NCBI GenBank assembly: GCA_030748775.1
Contig: JASMLH010000001.1
Coordinates: forward strand, 106,658 to 170,657
DNA: 64,000 nucleotides
Reading direction: 5' to 3'
DNA from: Candidatus Thalassarchaeaceae archaeon
GTDB lineage: Archaea; Thermoplasmatota; Poseidoniia; Poseidoniales; Thalassarchaeaceae
Below the pieces are notes generated by a model. It had not been told where the DNA came from and did no database searches. It worked only from the letters and a program-made list of their open reading frames with translations. This document shows positions 50,528 through 60,858 of the stretch, one piece after another. How positions within the stretch are numbered: position 1 is the first letter of the stretch; each line of letters begins with the position of its first letter. A program made the position numbers and the translations under genes.

Positions 50528-51157
50528 ATGAGCCATTATTGGCTCTGGGACAAAAAACAACATGAATCCACCCTCCAGCCCGGAGTCATGGCCGGTGCCT
50601 TGCAGCTGGAAGTACTAGGCTCACCTTTGGTCTTCTGGCTTTCTTTGCTAATGATATTTGCAGGGTTCAGCATGCATCGAATGGGGCCATCATTCAGCCG
50701 GGGCAGATTTGGATTGCCCATTGCATGCATAGGGGTTGTCCTTCTGTTCTCTCCTTCTCCCGATTCAGCTCATCCGGAGGCCGCAGTGATCGACTCATTG
50801 GCCTCTTCGATAAATTGGATAGTCTTTGCAATATCTGGAACTTATCTGATCGTGGGAGCATCTCCGACCTATGGTGTTTCTAAACCAACCTCAATCGGGG
50901 TTGGTTGGATTTTAGTCATTTCATCATGGTATTTTGCAACTCCTCTTCTATTGTCATTGGAAATTGATTTGGCATTGGAAGGAATTGCGGGGATTATCGG
51001 CTTTGTGACTGGATTATTGGCATTCACTCTTGGAATTTGGATTGCCGAGAGAAGGTCATCAATAGCTGGGGAATCCAAGCCCCTTTCCGAAGATGAAGTG
51101 CAGTTGGTCAAATCAATTCTTGTTAGGCGAATCGGGAGTGAGATGGATGACAATTGA
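50528..51157 (+). CDS. hypothetical polytopic membrane protein
   Basis: Track ORF 50378..51157 trimmed to the first ATG that does not overlap rpl44e on the opposite strand. Multiple TM segments. Confidence 0.3.
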   Translation: MSHYWLWDKKQHESTLQPGVMAGALQLEVLGSPLVFWLSLLMIFAGFSMHRMGPSFSRGRFGLPIACIGVVLLFSPSPDSAHPEAAVIDSLASSINWIVFAISGTYLIVGASPTYGVSKPTSIGVGWILVISSWYFATPLLLSLEIDLALEGIAGIIGFVTGLLAFTLGIWIAERRSSIAGESKPLSEDEVQLVKSILVRRIGSEMDDN

Positions 51158-51464
51158 GTTCCTTTCCATCTTGACAGCGTTTTCTGGAGGGATTATGATC
51201 TCATCATTGCTATTCATTACTCACATTTTTTCTTCGATAAACCCCTATCATAAACCGTTGTTTCCATTGACTTCTTGCATTTCCATGCTAATTCTCGGCG
51301 TACTAATTGTTTCATCGACTTCGGAAGAGTCTGTAATGGATTCAGCAAGGGCAGCAACATCCGATGCAGCATTAGGAATAATCGCCTTACTACCACTTTT
51401 CCTAACTGTCCTCACTTACTTCTTGATCGGGCAGAATTTCCCTAAGGGGAAGATTCGGACATGA
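51093..51464 (+). CDS. small hypothetical membrane protein
   Basis: ORF track. Three hydrophobic segments. Overlaps the previous gene by 65 nt, so start uncertain. Confidence 0.25.
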   Translation: MKCSWSNQFLLGESGVRWMTIEFLSILTAFSGGIMISSLLFITHIFSSINPYHKPLFPLTSCISMLILGVLIVSSTSEESVMDSARAATSDAALGIIALLPLFLTVLTYFLIGQNFPKGKIRT

Positions 51465-51562
51465 GCCTAAATGATTCCTTTATGCCCTGCCCTTAGCATT
51501 TTTCGTTGGATAACCCTCATAACAAGTTGGCCGGTGGCCGCGTCGTTCTAGGGTGATAGTGT

Positions 51563-51748
51563 ATGTCAAAGGGCACACCAAGTATGGGCAAGAGGCAGAA
51601 GTCTACGCACATACGATGCAGGCGTTGTGGCCGGCATTCATACCACAAGCAAAAGGGCCAATGTGCAAGCTGCGGATACGGCAGCACTTCCCGAATCAGG
51701 AAGTTCAGGTGGAATAAGAGAAGCAGAACCATGTGGCAGAAGAAGTGA
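51563..51748 (+). CDS. rpl37e: 50S ribosomal protein L37e
   Basis: [28 protein letters not shown]…CASCGY, the canonical L37e C4 zinc finger. Confidence 0.85.
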   Translation: MSKGTPSMGKRQKSTHIRCRRCGRHSYHKQKGQCASCGYGSTSRIRKFRWNKRSRTMWQKK

Positions 51749-51801
51749 CTCTTGTCAGAAAACCACTAAAGTCCCAGTTGCATACCTAGAATTGGTATCC
51801 G

Positions 51802-53304
51802 ATGTGCGGCATCATCGGAATTGTCGGTTTTCCGGGAACACAAGTCGCCAGTACAATGTATGATGCACTATTGGTCTTGCAACATAGGGGGCAGGACGCA
51901 GCGGGCATAGTGACTAGTGACTCCCAGAATATTTGTCATCGAAGGGCGAATGGCCTTGTCAGGGATGTTTTCAGGGAAAGGCACATGGAAAAGCTCCATG
52001 GATCGATGGGCATTGGCCATGTTCGATATCCAACTGCTGGCTCTAGTTCTTCGGATGAGGCCCAGCCCTTCTACACAAATACCCCATTTGGGGTGAGTCT
52101 AGCACACAATGGAAACTTGAACAATACTTCAGATATTATATCGGGATTGTTGGAATATGACCACAGACGGATTAACACCAGTTCTGACTCAGAGGCCCTT
52201 CTCAATCTGTTTGCAGCTGAGATTCAACGTTCTGTAAATGGCCGGCCAGGCGGAATGGATGCTCTTTCTGAGGACGATATCTTTCGAGCGATTGAGAGGA
52301 CCCATCTAAGGGCGGAGGGAAGTTACAGTGTTGTTTCACTCATCACTGGCTGGGGACTTGTCGCCTTCCGTGATCCGAATGGAATCAGGCCTCTGTTTCT
52401 TGGGAAGAATGAGTTGGAAGGCTTCACAGAAAGACTAGTTTCCTCAGAGAGCGTTGCCTGCAAGGCTCTGGGATTCAAGCCAGATAGGGACGTCCTGCCT
52501 GGAGAGGCGATAGTAATCAGGATGGACGGCTCATTCCATTCAAAGATGTGCCATGCAAGCCCCTCCCATTCTCCTTGTGTTTTCGAACATGTTTACTTCG
52601 CTAGGCCCGACTCGGTAATTGACGGAATCTCGGTACACATGGCACGACTTAGGATGGGTAGGGCACTAGCCGAAGGAATCCGGTCGAAGCTACCGGACCA
52701 TAGTATCGATGCAGTCATCCCTGTTCCCGATAGTGGTAGAATTGCCGCATTGGGATTGTCTAGTGAACTGGGTGTCCCATATAGGGAGGGTTTTGTCAAG
52801 AACCGATACATAGGTCGGACTTTCATAATGCCAGGACAGAGGATGAGAAAGGACTCAGTACGAAAGAAACTGAATACCATTGATGAGGAATTCAGAGGAA
52901 AGACCATTCTGATTGTCGATGACAGCATTGTCAGAGGGAACACATCCAGGAGAATTGTACAAATGGCAAGAGAGGCGGGAGCATCCCGTGTTCTTTTTGC
53001 ATCATCATCACCTCCGATTATTCATCCTAACGTGTATGGAATTGACATGCCAGCAAGGTCGGAGTACGTAGCTTATGGGAAATCAACAGAAGAGATTTGC
53101 AAAGCAATTGGTGCCGACTGGCTAATCTATCAGGCATTAGATGACCTTGTGGAGGCTTGCCTTGGTGCAGGACAGACGAGTATTGCAAATTTTGACTGCT
53201 CTTGCTTTGACGGAATTTATGTCACAGGCGGTATATCGGAAGATTATCTTAGTAACATTGAGAAGGTTCGAGCAGACTCCGCCAAGGAGCAGGCTTCAGT
53301 TTGA
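51802..53304 (+). CDS. purF: amidophosphoribosyltransferase
   Basis: N-terminal MCGIIGIV (Ntn Cys1). PRTase motif ILIVDDSIVRGNT. About 500 aa. Confidence 0.85.
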   Translation: MCGIIGIVGFPGTQVASTMYDALLVLQHRGQDAAGIVTSDSQNICHRRANGLVRDVFRERHMEKLHGSMGIGHVRYPTAGSSSSDEAQPFYTNTPFGVSLAHNGNLNNTSDIISGLLEYDHRRINTSSDSEALLNLFAAEIQRSVNGRPGGMDALSEDDIFRAIERTHLRAEGSYSVVSLITGWGLVAFRDPNGIRPLFLGKNELEGFTERLVSSESVACKALGFKPDRDVLPGEAIVIRMDGSFHSKMCHASPSHSPCVFEHVYFARPDSVIDGISVHMARLRMGRALAEGIRSKLPDHSIDAVIPVPDSGRIAALGLSSELGVPYREGFVKNRYIGRTFIMPGQRMRKDSVRKKLNTIDEEFRGKTILIVDDSIVRGNTSRRIVQMAREAGASRVLFASSSPPIIHPNVYGIDMPARSEYVAYGKSTEEICKAIGADWLIYQALDDLVEACLGAGQTSIANFDCSCFDGIYVTGGISEDYLSNIEKVRADSAKEQASV

Positions 53305-54225
53305 AAACAAATTGCCAAGCTCAGATTTTAGAACCGGCAAGGCTTCTTCCCACGTAGCCACAATTCCATAGTCAGCGACCCCGAATATAGGGGCATCAGG
53401 GTCTTTGTTTATTGCGACGATGTACTTGCTAGTCCTCATTCCTGCGAGGTGCTGAATTGCACCGCTGATGCCCACGGCAATATACAAGCTCGGTGCTACA
53501 GTCTTTCCGGTTTGTCCCACTTGCATGCTATGGGGTATCTCTTCCCATGTGTCTACTGCCGCTCTGCTTGCCCCCACTGCAGCCCCAACAATCTCAGATA
53601 TCTCGTACAGATGTTCAAAGTTGGCAGGATCACCCATCCCCCTGCCTCCTGAAATTATTATGTTCGCCTCCGAAACATCGAGCCTCTCGCTCGCCTTAGC
53701 AAGAGCTTCTCGGACAGAGATTCTGATATTCCCACTCTGGCTAACTGTGCTGATTCCTGCATCTCCCTCAGAACCAGGGTCGTCGAATGAATTCGCCCTA
53801 AGGGAAATTGCACATGGCGGGGATACTGTAGCCCGCTCAATGGCCTTCCCCGAGTATATCGGCCGTGTAATTGAAATCCCTTCAGAAACTTCAGTTACAT
53901 CCTGAACTACGGGGATGCCCTTCATTGCCCCAATCGAAGCCACCAACTCTCTTCCGGAGGGAGAGGCAGAGGCTAGGATCAGTTCACCACTTGCGAGTGG
54001 CTCCAATGCCTCTGCCCAAGCTCCAACGTCATAGGTGCCAAAGCAGTCACCTTCCACAGAAACAACCTTTGAAACTCCGGTAATTGATGACGCTTCTGAA
54101 GCACCAACTCCACCAGGGCAGAGGACAGTGGAAGAACCTCCAATGGATGAAGCCGCACCGACCAGTTGTGCAGTTACTGGATTGAGTGTTCCATCTGAAA
54201 TGTCTGCAATTATTGTCACTTCCAT
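53296..54225 (-). CDS. etfA: electron transfer flavoprotein alpha subunit
   Basis: C-terminal FAD-binding region IISGGRGMG…YIAVGISGAIQHLAGM. Confidence 0.8.
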   Translation of the reverse strand: MEVTIIADISDGTLNPVTAQLVGAASSIGGSSTVLCPGGVGASEASSITGVSKVVSVEGDCFGTYDVGAWAEALEPLASGELILASASPSGRELVASIGAMKGIPVVQDVTEVSEGISITRPIYSGKAIERATVSPPCAISLRANSFDDPGSEGDAGISTVSQSGNIRISVREALAKASERLDVSEANIIISGGRGMGDPANFEHLYEISEIVGAAVGASRAAVDTWEEIPHSMQVGQTGKTVAPSLYIAVGISGAIQHLAGMRTSKYIVAINKDPDAPIFGVADYGIVATWEEALPVLKSELGNLFSN

Positions 54226-54234
54226 GTTATTACC

Positions 54235-54990
54235 TCAGATTACATTAGCCTCATCACGGAGCTTCCCAACTACAGCGGGTACGGAGCTAGAACCCTCGAA
54301 TTTCTGTCCCGGTGGTTTTTCCGGTGGTGGAGAATGTGAATCAATTGATACCGAAGGGGAACCGAGATTGACTCCAAGGTCATCGGGTGTCAGAACTAGG
54401 ACTTCCTTCTTTTTTGCCATCATTATCCCCCTTACGTTGGGTCTCCTGAGTTCGGTAGACCCCTTGTCGAATGTGATTACGCATGGAGACTGAACGCTGA
54501 CCCTCTCGAATCCAGATGGGACAGACCTCGTAGCTACCAACTCTTCTCCCTCTGAGGACACCTCTGAAACTATACCTAAGCATGCTGCTCCAAGAATCCT
54601 CGCTACTCCTGGTCCTGTGGAGCCACTATTGGTGTCAGCAGCTTGCTTTCCACATAGAACCCAATCTGCCTCAGAGCGAGAAACAGCAGCAGAAAGTAGA
54701 GCCTGAACCTGTGTACTGTCTAGCTCTTCTTCTACAATTACGTGGATCAAATCGTCCGCTCCAACGGCTGCAGCCTCAGTTAGGCACTTAGCAGACCGGG
54801 CAGGGCCACAAGTTATTGCAACAAGATTTCCAGTACCGGAGTCCTTCAGTTGCAAGGCAGCCTCTAGCGCGTACTCGTCATAAGGGCTAATCGCCCACTT
54901 GCTCACTGAAGCTTCGTCAACTCTACCATTGGAAACGGAAATCTTGGAGGTTGTATCTGGTACCTGTTTTATCAGTACCGCAATCGTCAT
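54235..54990 (-). CDS. etfB: electron transfer flavoprotein beta subunit
   Basis: MTIAVLIKQVPDT N-terminus, about 250 aa, upstream of etfA. Confidence 0.8.
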   Translation of the reverse strand: MTIAVLIKQVPDTTSKISVSNGRVDEASVSKWAISPYDEYALEAALQLKDSGTGNLVAITCGPARSAKCLTEAAAVGADDLIHVIVEEELDSTQVQALLSAAVSRSEADWVLCGKQAADTNSGSTGPGVARILGAACLGIVSEVSSEGEELVATRSVPSGFERVSVQSPCVITFDKGSTELRRPNVRGIMMAKKKEVLVLTPDDLGVNLGSPSVSIDSHSPPPEKPPGQKFEGSSSVPAVVGKLRDEANVI

Positions 54991-55044
54991 GACACCTCGA
55001 AATGAAAACCCTCTATCAAGATTCGCAGAGGTGGCCGAGAAGAC

Positions 55045-56229
55045 CTAAGCCTCTCTGGTGAATGCCTGTATCCCGGTTATGTGCCTTCCAAGTATTAGGT
55101 TGTGGATATCATGTGTCCCTTCGTACGTCTTTACAGACTCGAGGTTAGCCATGTGCCTCATTACTGGGTACTCATCAAGGATTCCATTTGCGCCATGTAT
55201 GTCTCTTGCCATTCTGGCAATCTCCAGAGCAATGTCCACGTTGTTCATCTTGGCCAGAGAAATCTGCTCGGGTATCCACGACCCGTCATCTTTCTTCTTC
55301 CCTAGATGATATGCTAGCAATTGACCCTTAGTTATCTCCCTTAGCATCCAAGAGAGCTTGTTTTGGACCAGTTGGAAAGAGGCAATTGGATGCCCGAACT
55401 GTATTCTACTTAGTGCGTATTCCTTAGCCGAACTGAAGCAAGACTGTGCTGCTCCTATTGCACCCCATGAGATTCCGTATCTGGCATTATTTAGGCAGCT
55501 GAAAGGGCCCCTTAGACCCTTGACATTTGGAAGGATCCTATCCTTGGGAATCTCACAGTCTTGGAAGACTAGTTCGCTGGTTACACTTGCCTTTAGGGAA
55601 TGCTTTCCAGTCATCTCAGGGGCACTGAAGCCAGGGTCTCCCCTCTCGACGATGAATCCTCTTATCTCCCCGTCCAATTTGGCCCAGACAACTGCCAAAT
55701 CTGCTATGGTGCCATTGGTAATCCACATCTTAGCACCATTTAGCAGGAAGTGGCTACCTTTGTCCTCCGCTTTGGTTATCATATCCCCGGGATTTGATCC
55801 ATAGTCGGGCTCAGTAAGGCCGAAACATCCAACCCACTCTCCCGAGGCCATTTTTGGGAGGTAATGCTTCTTCTGCTCTTCACTTCCGAAGTCCCATATT
55901 GGGTACATGGCCAAGGACCCCTGAACGCTAGCGAATGAACGAACACCACTGTCTCCCCTCTCTAACTCCTGACAAATTACGCCATATGCTACGTAAGAAA
56001 GGCCGGGACACCCATAACCCTGCAGAGGAGCCCCCAGAATTCCCATTTCGCCGATGTCCTTTCTCCACTCGTCTGGGAAAACCCCGTCCCTGCAGGCTTC
56101 CTCGATATTGGGTATTATCTTGTCATCTACCCATTCCCTGACCATGTCACGAATCATTCTTTCTTCGTCACTCAGAAGTGAATCAATGTCATAGAAGTCC
56201 AATGCCTCGTACGCCATTCTCTCAGACAT
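55045..56229 (-). CDS. acyl-CoA dehydrogenase (glutaryl-CoA dehydrogenase-like)
   Basis: GCFGLTEPDYGSNPGDM, WITNG, C-terminal YEGTHDIH motifs. Confidence 0.8.
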   Translation of the reverse strand: MSERMAYEALDFYDIDSLLSDEERMIRDMVREWVDDKIIPNIEEACRDGVFPDEWRKDIGEMGILGAPLQGYGCPGLSYVAYGVICQELERGDSGVRSFASVQGSLAMYPIWDFGSEEQKKHYLPKMASGEWVGCFGLTEPDYGSNPGDMITKAEDKGSHFLLNGAKMWITNGTIADLAVVWAKLDGEIRGFIVERGDPGFSAPEMTGKHSLKASVTSELVFQDCEIPKDRILPNVKGLRGPFSCLNNARYGISWGAIGAAQSCFSSAKEYALSRIQFGHPIASFQLVQNKLSWMLREITKGQLLAYHLGKKKDDGSWIPEQISLAKMNNVDIALEIARMARDIHGANGILDEYPVMRHMANLESVKTYEGTHDIHNLILGRHITGIQAFTREA

Positions 56230-56260
56230 TCGCGAGACCCTGCCCTATCTAAGCATGTCC

Positions 56261-56456
56261 TTACTTTCTACGGCCTTTCCGACGTCCTTCTCTCTTGGCC
56301 CTTCGCCTTTCGTCTTCGCTACCGATTGCTAGGGCCATCCATCGACTCAATGTTTGCGAGGAACTAGTGATTAGGCTCAGTACAAGCAATATCGCACCTC
56401 CAAGGACAATGATTCCAATCCAAATCGTTAGCACCCCTCCTCCAGCCTCCTCGCTC
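56261..56456 (-). pseudogene. orphan C-terminal membrane anchor (TM helix plus Arg/Lys-rich tail) in a different frame, immediately 3' of the 56457..57488 gene. Probable frameshift remnant of that gene's C-terminus
   Basis: Manual translation of the minus-strand frame: …GGGVLTIWIGIIVLGGAILLVLSLITSS…EDERRRAKREGRRKGRRK*, with no start codon. Typical archaeal surface-protein anchor architecture. Confidence 0.35.
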
Positions 56457-57488
56457 TCAGGAGAAAAGTCGATGATTTTCCCAGTGCTCGTTACAAACCC
56501 AGCCTGTATTTATTCCCGTACTCCAAGAAGAAACGACTCTGTCGTTTGAGACAATTGGGTCGAACATCACAACGTCCTCATTCTCCAACCATGGGTAAGA
56601 TGCCCTCTCTTCTAGATCGTGCTCAACTAATTCAAATGGGGCCATAGAAATGAGTGATCTACTTTCAGATTGGATCTCAATGCCATTGAATTGCCCATCT
56701 ATTCCATGGAGTTTTACAATGTCGTTTTCATATACTTTGGAGTTTCCAGGATTATCGGCATTAATGCTAACGATTCCGATTGTCCTATCTGTTGATACAG
56801 CCACGCACTCGTTGGAAATTCCCGTAGGGCAAACCGCATCAATCCAAGGGTAACCAACACCCCCAATCCAGTGAATTTCATGCTCCCCGTCAATCACTCC
56901 GATTCCATCTACACTGGAGCTAATTACGCAAACATTTGTTCCAGGAAGGCACGAAATTGCGTTTACGTCACTACTACCCCTACCTTCTAGGGGAACGACC
57001 TCCGAACCTCCCCCATCTATCCCCCTGACTCTCCAAATCCATCCGTCCTCCCCTCCAACGTATGCCCATGAACCATCTCCTTTCCACGAAACTGCATTTA
57101 GATTGGTTTGCCCGAGGAACATGTCGTCCACAGCCACCTCCACCATGTTTTGTTCCCTCATATACCTCAGTACTGTCCCGCTATCCCCCACTATCAATGC
57201 TGTCTGGCCATTTGGATGGAAACTTGAGTCAACTAAATCGCTACTGTAGTTCCATTCTATTTTAGAGAATTCTCCAGGCGACGATGAATTTACTGCGAAT
57301 ATCGCAGACTCCTTCCCGTGGATAATAACCAATTCCCCATCTGGCGAGATGGACGCTCCTTCAATTCCCAAATCCACTTCCCCCAGGGAATGCGTCCGAC
57401 CCAATTCAACAGCTGATTGGGCGTGAGCAGATTGCACCACCAATAGGGCCAGAGTCATGGCAATTGCAGTCGCGACCCTACCCGACAC
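56457..57488 (-). CDS. secreted beta-propeller-like protein (signal peptide, mature N-terminus predicted Gln). Apparently truncated before its membrane anchor
   Basis: Signal peptide AIAMTLALLVVQSAHA|QSA. Repeated GxDG/WI-containing blade-like segments. Stops at TGA where an alternate frame continues into a TM anchor. Confidence 0.45.
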   Translation of the reverse strand: MSGRVATAIAMTLALLVVQSAHAQSAVELGRTHSLGEVDLGIEGASISPDGELVIIHGKESAIFAVNSSSPGEFSKIEWNYSSDLVDSSFHPNGQTALIVGDSGTVLRYMREQNMVEVAVDDMFLGQTNLNAVSWKGDGSWAYVGGEDGWIWRVRGIDGGGSEVVPLEGRGSSDVNAISCLPGTNVCVISSSVDGIGVIDGEHEIHWIGGVGYPWIDAVCPTGISNECVAVSTDRTIGIVSINADNPGNSKVYENDIVKLHGIDGQFNGIEIQSESRSLISMAPFELVEHDLEERASYPWLENEDVVMFDPIVSNDRVVSSWSTGINTGWVCNEHWENHRLFS

Positions 57489-57556
57489 GTTCTTCCGAGA
57501 CGCCCAAACCGTTTAGCAATTCTACTGATTTGGTTGGCTAGTGCCAACGGGCAGTA

Positions 57557-58099
57557 TTGAAGTGGAACCAACCATTCGGAGGTACAATGGAGAGATTTGA
57601 CGTACGAAGGGGACTGGTAAAGGAAGTTGAAGGAAATGGTGGCTTAGCTAAACTAGCAGAGGAGTTCTTTGACACAGTCGAAGAAACATCCGAAGCCTCT
57701 TTCGAGGCAAGTCACGGAATCATGACTTCGATTGAGGCAAGCTATCAGAGTGGAGCGCTGATCATCGATGTAACCAATGTCCCTCCAAACTTTGATGACC
57801 CAGAAGCTATGAAATCAGCAATGGACGCCAGGAAAAGATGGACATCATTCCTTGACAAGGCCACGGGATATAACTCAAAGCAACGGGGCGACAAAGCGAA
57901 AGAGTGGGCCAAGAAAGCAGCAAAGGCGAAGTCAGCAATATCAGCTTCAAAACATTTCATGGAGATGTCCGATGGCATTTCGGAAGAACAAAGAAGCAAG
58001 GCAAACTCAATGATAGAAGAGATTGAGTCGTTGTTGGAGTCCAATGAGAACACAAAGGCCGCCGGTCGTGCTGAGAAACTGAACAAACTATTCGGTTAG
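57557..58099 (+). CDS. hypothetical soluble protein (Lys/Glu-rich C-terminal helix)
   Basis: ORF track. Stop overlaps the GTG start of tyrS. No motif recognised. Confidence 0.3.
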   Translation: MKWNQPFGGTMERFDVRRGLVKEVEGNGGLAKLAEEFFDTVEETSEASFEASHGIMTSIEASYQSGALIIDVTNVPPNFDDPEAMKSAMDARKRWTSFLDKATGYNSKQRGDKAKEWAKKAAKAKSAISASKHFMEMSDGISEEQRSKANSMIEEIESLLESNENTKAAGRAEKLNKLFG

Positions 58100-59223
58100 T
58101 GATGAAAATGGGTGAAGACGCTATATCTGGACTTGACAAAGAGTCTAGGAGTAGTTTCGAAAGAATGTTCTCTGGTTGCCAGGAAGTAATTGGGCCCGAG
58201 CACGTCGCCTCGATCCTATCAGGTGGGAAGAGCCACTCTGGTGATCAGCAAATCGTGGCATATATTGGACTCGAGCCCAGTGGAAAGGCCCACTTGGGAT
58301 ACATGATTCTCGCTGATACAATACGAAATATGCTTGACGAAGGCATCAACGTAATCATCCTGCTAGCAGACTGGCATGCATGGGTTAACGATAAGTTCGG
58401 TCGGGACATGGAGAAGATATCCCTAGCTGGAGAGTACCTTGCTGAGGTCTTCAGAGCTATGCTCGGAAATCCACCAGAAGGCGAGGGGGCAGGACAGCTC
58501 CGATTCTTGCGCGCCTCGGAGGTAATGGACTCCGGCAAGTACTGGGAAAGAGTTCTAAGATGCTCAAAGAACATGAGCCTCTCAAGAGTTCGTAGAACAT
58601 TTAGCATCATGGGAAGGGACGAGGACTCCTCTGATCACGACCTTGCTGCATTCTACTATCCAGCCCTTCAAGCAGCTGATATCTTTGAGCTTGAGGTGGA
58701 CATTGCATTCGGTGGCATGGACCAGCGAAAGGCGCACATGTATATGCGGGAGGTGGCAGATAAGTACGATTGGACCAAGGCGACCTGCATCCACACCCCC
58801 ATGATGTCTGCCTTGAAGGGACCAGGGGGAAGAATGGACTCATTTGATCACAAAATGTCCAAGTCAGACCCTGCAAACGCTATTCTTCTCGATGATAGCC
58901 CAGATATCGTAAAGGCCAAGTTGCGCAAGGCTTTCCTCGAGGTTGGTAACTCAAACTCTCCAGTCTTTGAGATTGCCAAGCATATCGTCCTTCCCAAGAG
59001 AGGCACAATAACCGTCACTCCAGACCCCAAATATGGGGATCCTTCTGATTGGGGTGACTTGGAAGGCTTCATCGAAGCAGTTTCGGACGGTTCTATCCAC
59101 CCATTAGATGCAAAGAATGCAATCTCAAACTGCCTGTCAGAGGTCATTGAGCCGGTTTTCCAGCAATTATCCAGAGAAACAGACCTTCTAGAGGCGATGA
59201 ATCACCTTACTGGCAACAGCTAG
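58099..59223 (+). CDS. tyrS: tyrosyl-tRNA synthetase (archaeal type) with about 60-aa N-terminal extension
   Basis: HIGH-region YIGLEPSGKAHLGY, ILLADWHAWVND (archaeal TyrRS-like), KMSKS motif KMSKSDPANAI. Confidence 0.6.
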   Translation: MMKMGEDAISGLDKESRSSFERMFSGCQEVIGPEHVASILSGGKSHSGDQQIVAYIGLEPSGKAHLGYMILADTIRNMLDEGINVIILLADWHAWVNDKFGRDMEKISLAGEYLAEVFRAMLGNPPEGEGAGQLRFLRASEVMDSGKYWERVLRCSKNMSLSRVRRTFSIMGRDEDSSDHDLAAFYYPALQAADIFELEVDIAFGGMDQRKAHMYMREVADKYDWTKATCIHTPMMSALKGPGGRMDSFDHKMSKSDPANAILLDDSPDIVKAKLRKAFLEVGNSNSPVFEIAKHIVLPKRGTITVTPDPKYGDPSDWGDLEGFIEAVSDGSIHPLDAKNAISNCLSEVIEPVFQQLSRETDLLEAMNHLTGNS

Positions 59224-59244
59224 ACGAGTAAATAATCGAGAATT

Positions 59245-60858
59245 GTGAATTATTGCTTGCACAGGACTCATAATCTAGGCCAATTCCCGAAAGTCGAGGA
59301 ATTGGTAATGCCAGAGGTAGGCATCGACGATATTGCCCTGCACTTCCCGAGGCTATTTTTCGCAATGCAGGACTTTGCCGAATTCCGCGGTGCGGACTAC
59401 GGGAAACTCAACAAAGGCCTAGGTCTCGAAGCAATGGCAATTCCCGATGTTCACGAGGACACTGCAACAATGGGGGCCAATGCAGTCTCTAGACTAATCG
59501 ATAGAAACTCCCTGGAACCTTCTTCTATAGGACGGATATACTTGGGAACTGAGTCAGCACTTGACGGTGCCAAGCCAACTGCGACATACATAATGGACAT
59601 GTTGGAACAGCGGTACTCAGCAAAATTTGGCAATGATTGCTTCAGGAACTGTGATGTTGTGGATATGACGTTCGCCTGTATCGGGGCAGTCGATGCAATG
59701 CACAACACTCTGGATTGGGTTGCCCGGGGCGGGGAAAGCCGCAAACGGGTCGGAATAGTGGTTTTCGCAGACAACGCAAAGTACGATCTCGGATCTTCTG
59801 GCGAGTATACCCAAGGAGCGGGCGGCGGTGCGATTCTAATTAGGCACAATCCCCGACTATTGGCGATTCCAGATGTTTGGGGGGTTTCCACAATGCCAGT
59901 TCACGATTTCTTCAAACCCCGCAGAGAGGTGGAAACCAGAACAGTCGTGGAAAATGTCCTGGAACTCGCAGAGGAGTCTGGAGCTAGCATTACAGCGAAT
60001 CTAGCTGAGAGAATTCTGAAGTTTCTTCCTAGATCTAGCAAGAAGAATGACGTCCTCTTCGAAAATGAAAAACTGATGATCCACAAGGATACACCTGTCT
60101 TTGATGGCCAGTTCTCAAACCGATGCTATTCTGAGTCTGTCAAGCAGGCCTTCATTGATTTCCGCTCCAAGGCCATAGAGGAGGGGAGATACGATCCCAA
60201 GGAAGACGAGATTCTCACCAACCAATGGAGCCGGATCATCGTTCACCTGCCTTATGCATTCCAGGGAAAGCGTATGTTCCCCGACGTTTTCCGTCACGAT
60301 AGGAGGCATCTACCAATTTGGGAGAAAATCACAGCAGAAATCGGGCCAGAGCCTATTCCGGAGGACTTCCCGGATACCCCAGCAGGAATCGAAGAATTCG
60401 AAAAGGAAAACGACGCATACAGGAGGCTGATTTCTAAGACTCAGGATTTCCGGGTTTTTGTCGATGAGAGGATAGAAAAGACCCAGAGAGCCTCTAGCCT
60501 GATTGGCAACCAGTACACAGGTTCGATTTTCCTCGCATTGATGTCTGCTATGGAATCTGACTACCTGGACAACACGGAAATGGAATCGAAGAGAATAGGC
60601 CTCTGTGGATATGGTTCTGGTGCCAAGGCCAAGGTTTTCGAAGGTATTGTCCAACCCCAGTGGAGGGAAATCGCCTCCCGATTCCACCTCTTTGAGAGAT
60701 TATCAACTCGCCATGCTATCAATAAGACGGTGTACGAGGCGCTCCACAAGGGGAAGAGGAAGAGGTCAGTCGTCAAACCGAAGTCCGAGTTCGCACTTGT
60801 AGGGATAGGCAAAGAGGGTGACCTCGAGGGCCAGAGAAGATATCAGTGGGTCGAATAG
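59245..60858 (+). CDS. hydroxymethylglutaryl-CoA synthase (bacterial/eukaryotic type, long form)
   Basis: YLGTESALDGAKP and catalytic-Cys region DMTFACIGAVDAM. Probable true start at M22 (59308). Confidence 0.55.
   Translation: MNYCLHRTHNLGQFPKVEELVMPEVGIDDIALHFPRLFFAMQDFAEFRGADYGKLNKGLGLEAMAIPDVHEDTATMGANAVSRLIDRNSLEPSSIGRIYLGTESALDGAKPTATYIMDMLEQRYSAKFGNDCFRNCDVVDMTFACIGAVDAMHNTLDWVARGGESRKRVGIVVFADNAKYDLGSSGEYTQGAGGGAILIRHNPRLLAIPDVWGVSTMPVHDFFKPRREVETRTVVENVLELAEESGASITANLAERILKFLPRSSKKNDVLFENEKLMIHKDTPVFDGQFSNRCYSESVKQAFIDFRSKAIEEGRYDPKEDEILTNQWSRIIVHLPYAFQGKRMFPDVFRHDRRHLPIWEKITAEIGPEPIPEDFPDTPAGIEEFEKENDAYRRLISKTQDFRVFVDERIEKTQRASSLIGNQYTGSIFLALMSAMESDYLDNTEMESKRIGLCGYGSGAKAKVFEGIVQPQWREIASRFHLFERLSTRHAINKTVYEALHKGKRKRSVVKPKSEFALVGIGKEGDLEGQRRYQWVE

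Noticed and set aside
51465-51562. Looked for the Sm-like (LSm) gene or a C/D-box sRNA that often precedes rpl37e in archaea
   Set aside because: There is no ORF with an Sm fold signature, and no RUGAUGA/CUGA box pair in the 98-bp spacer.
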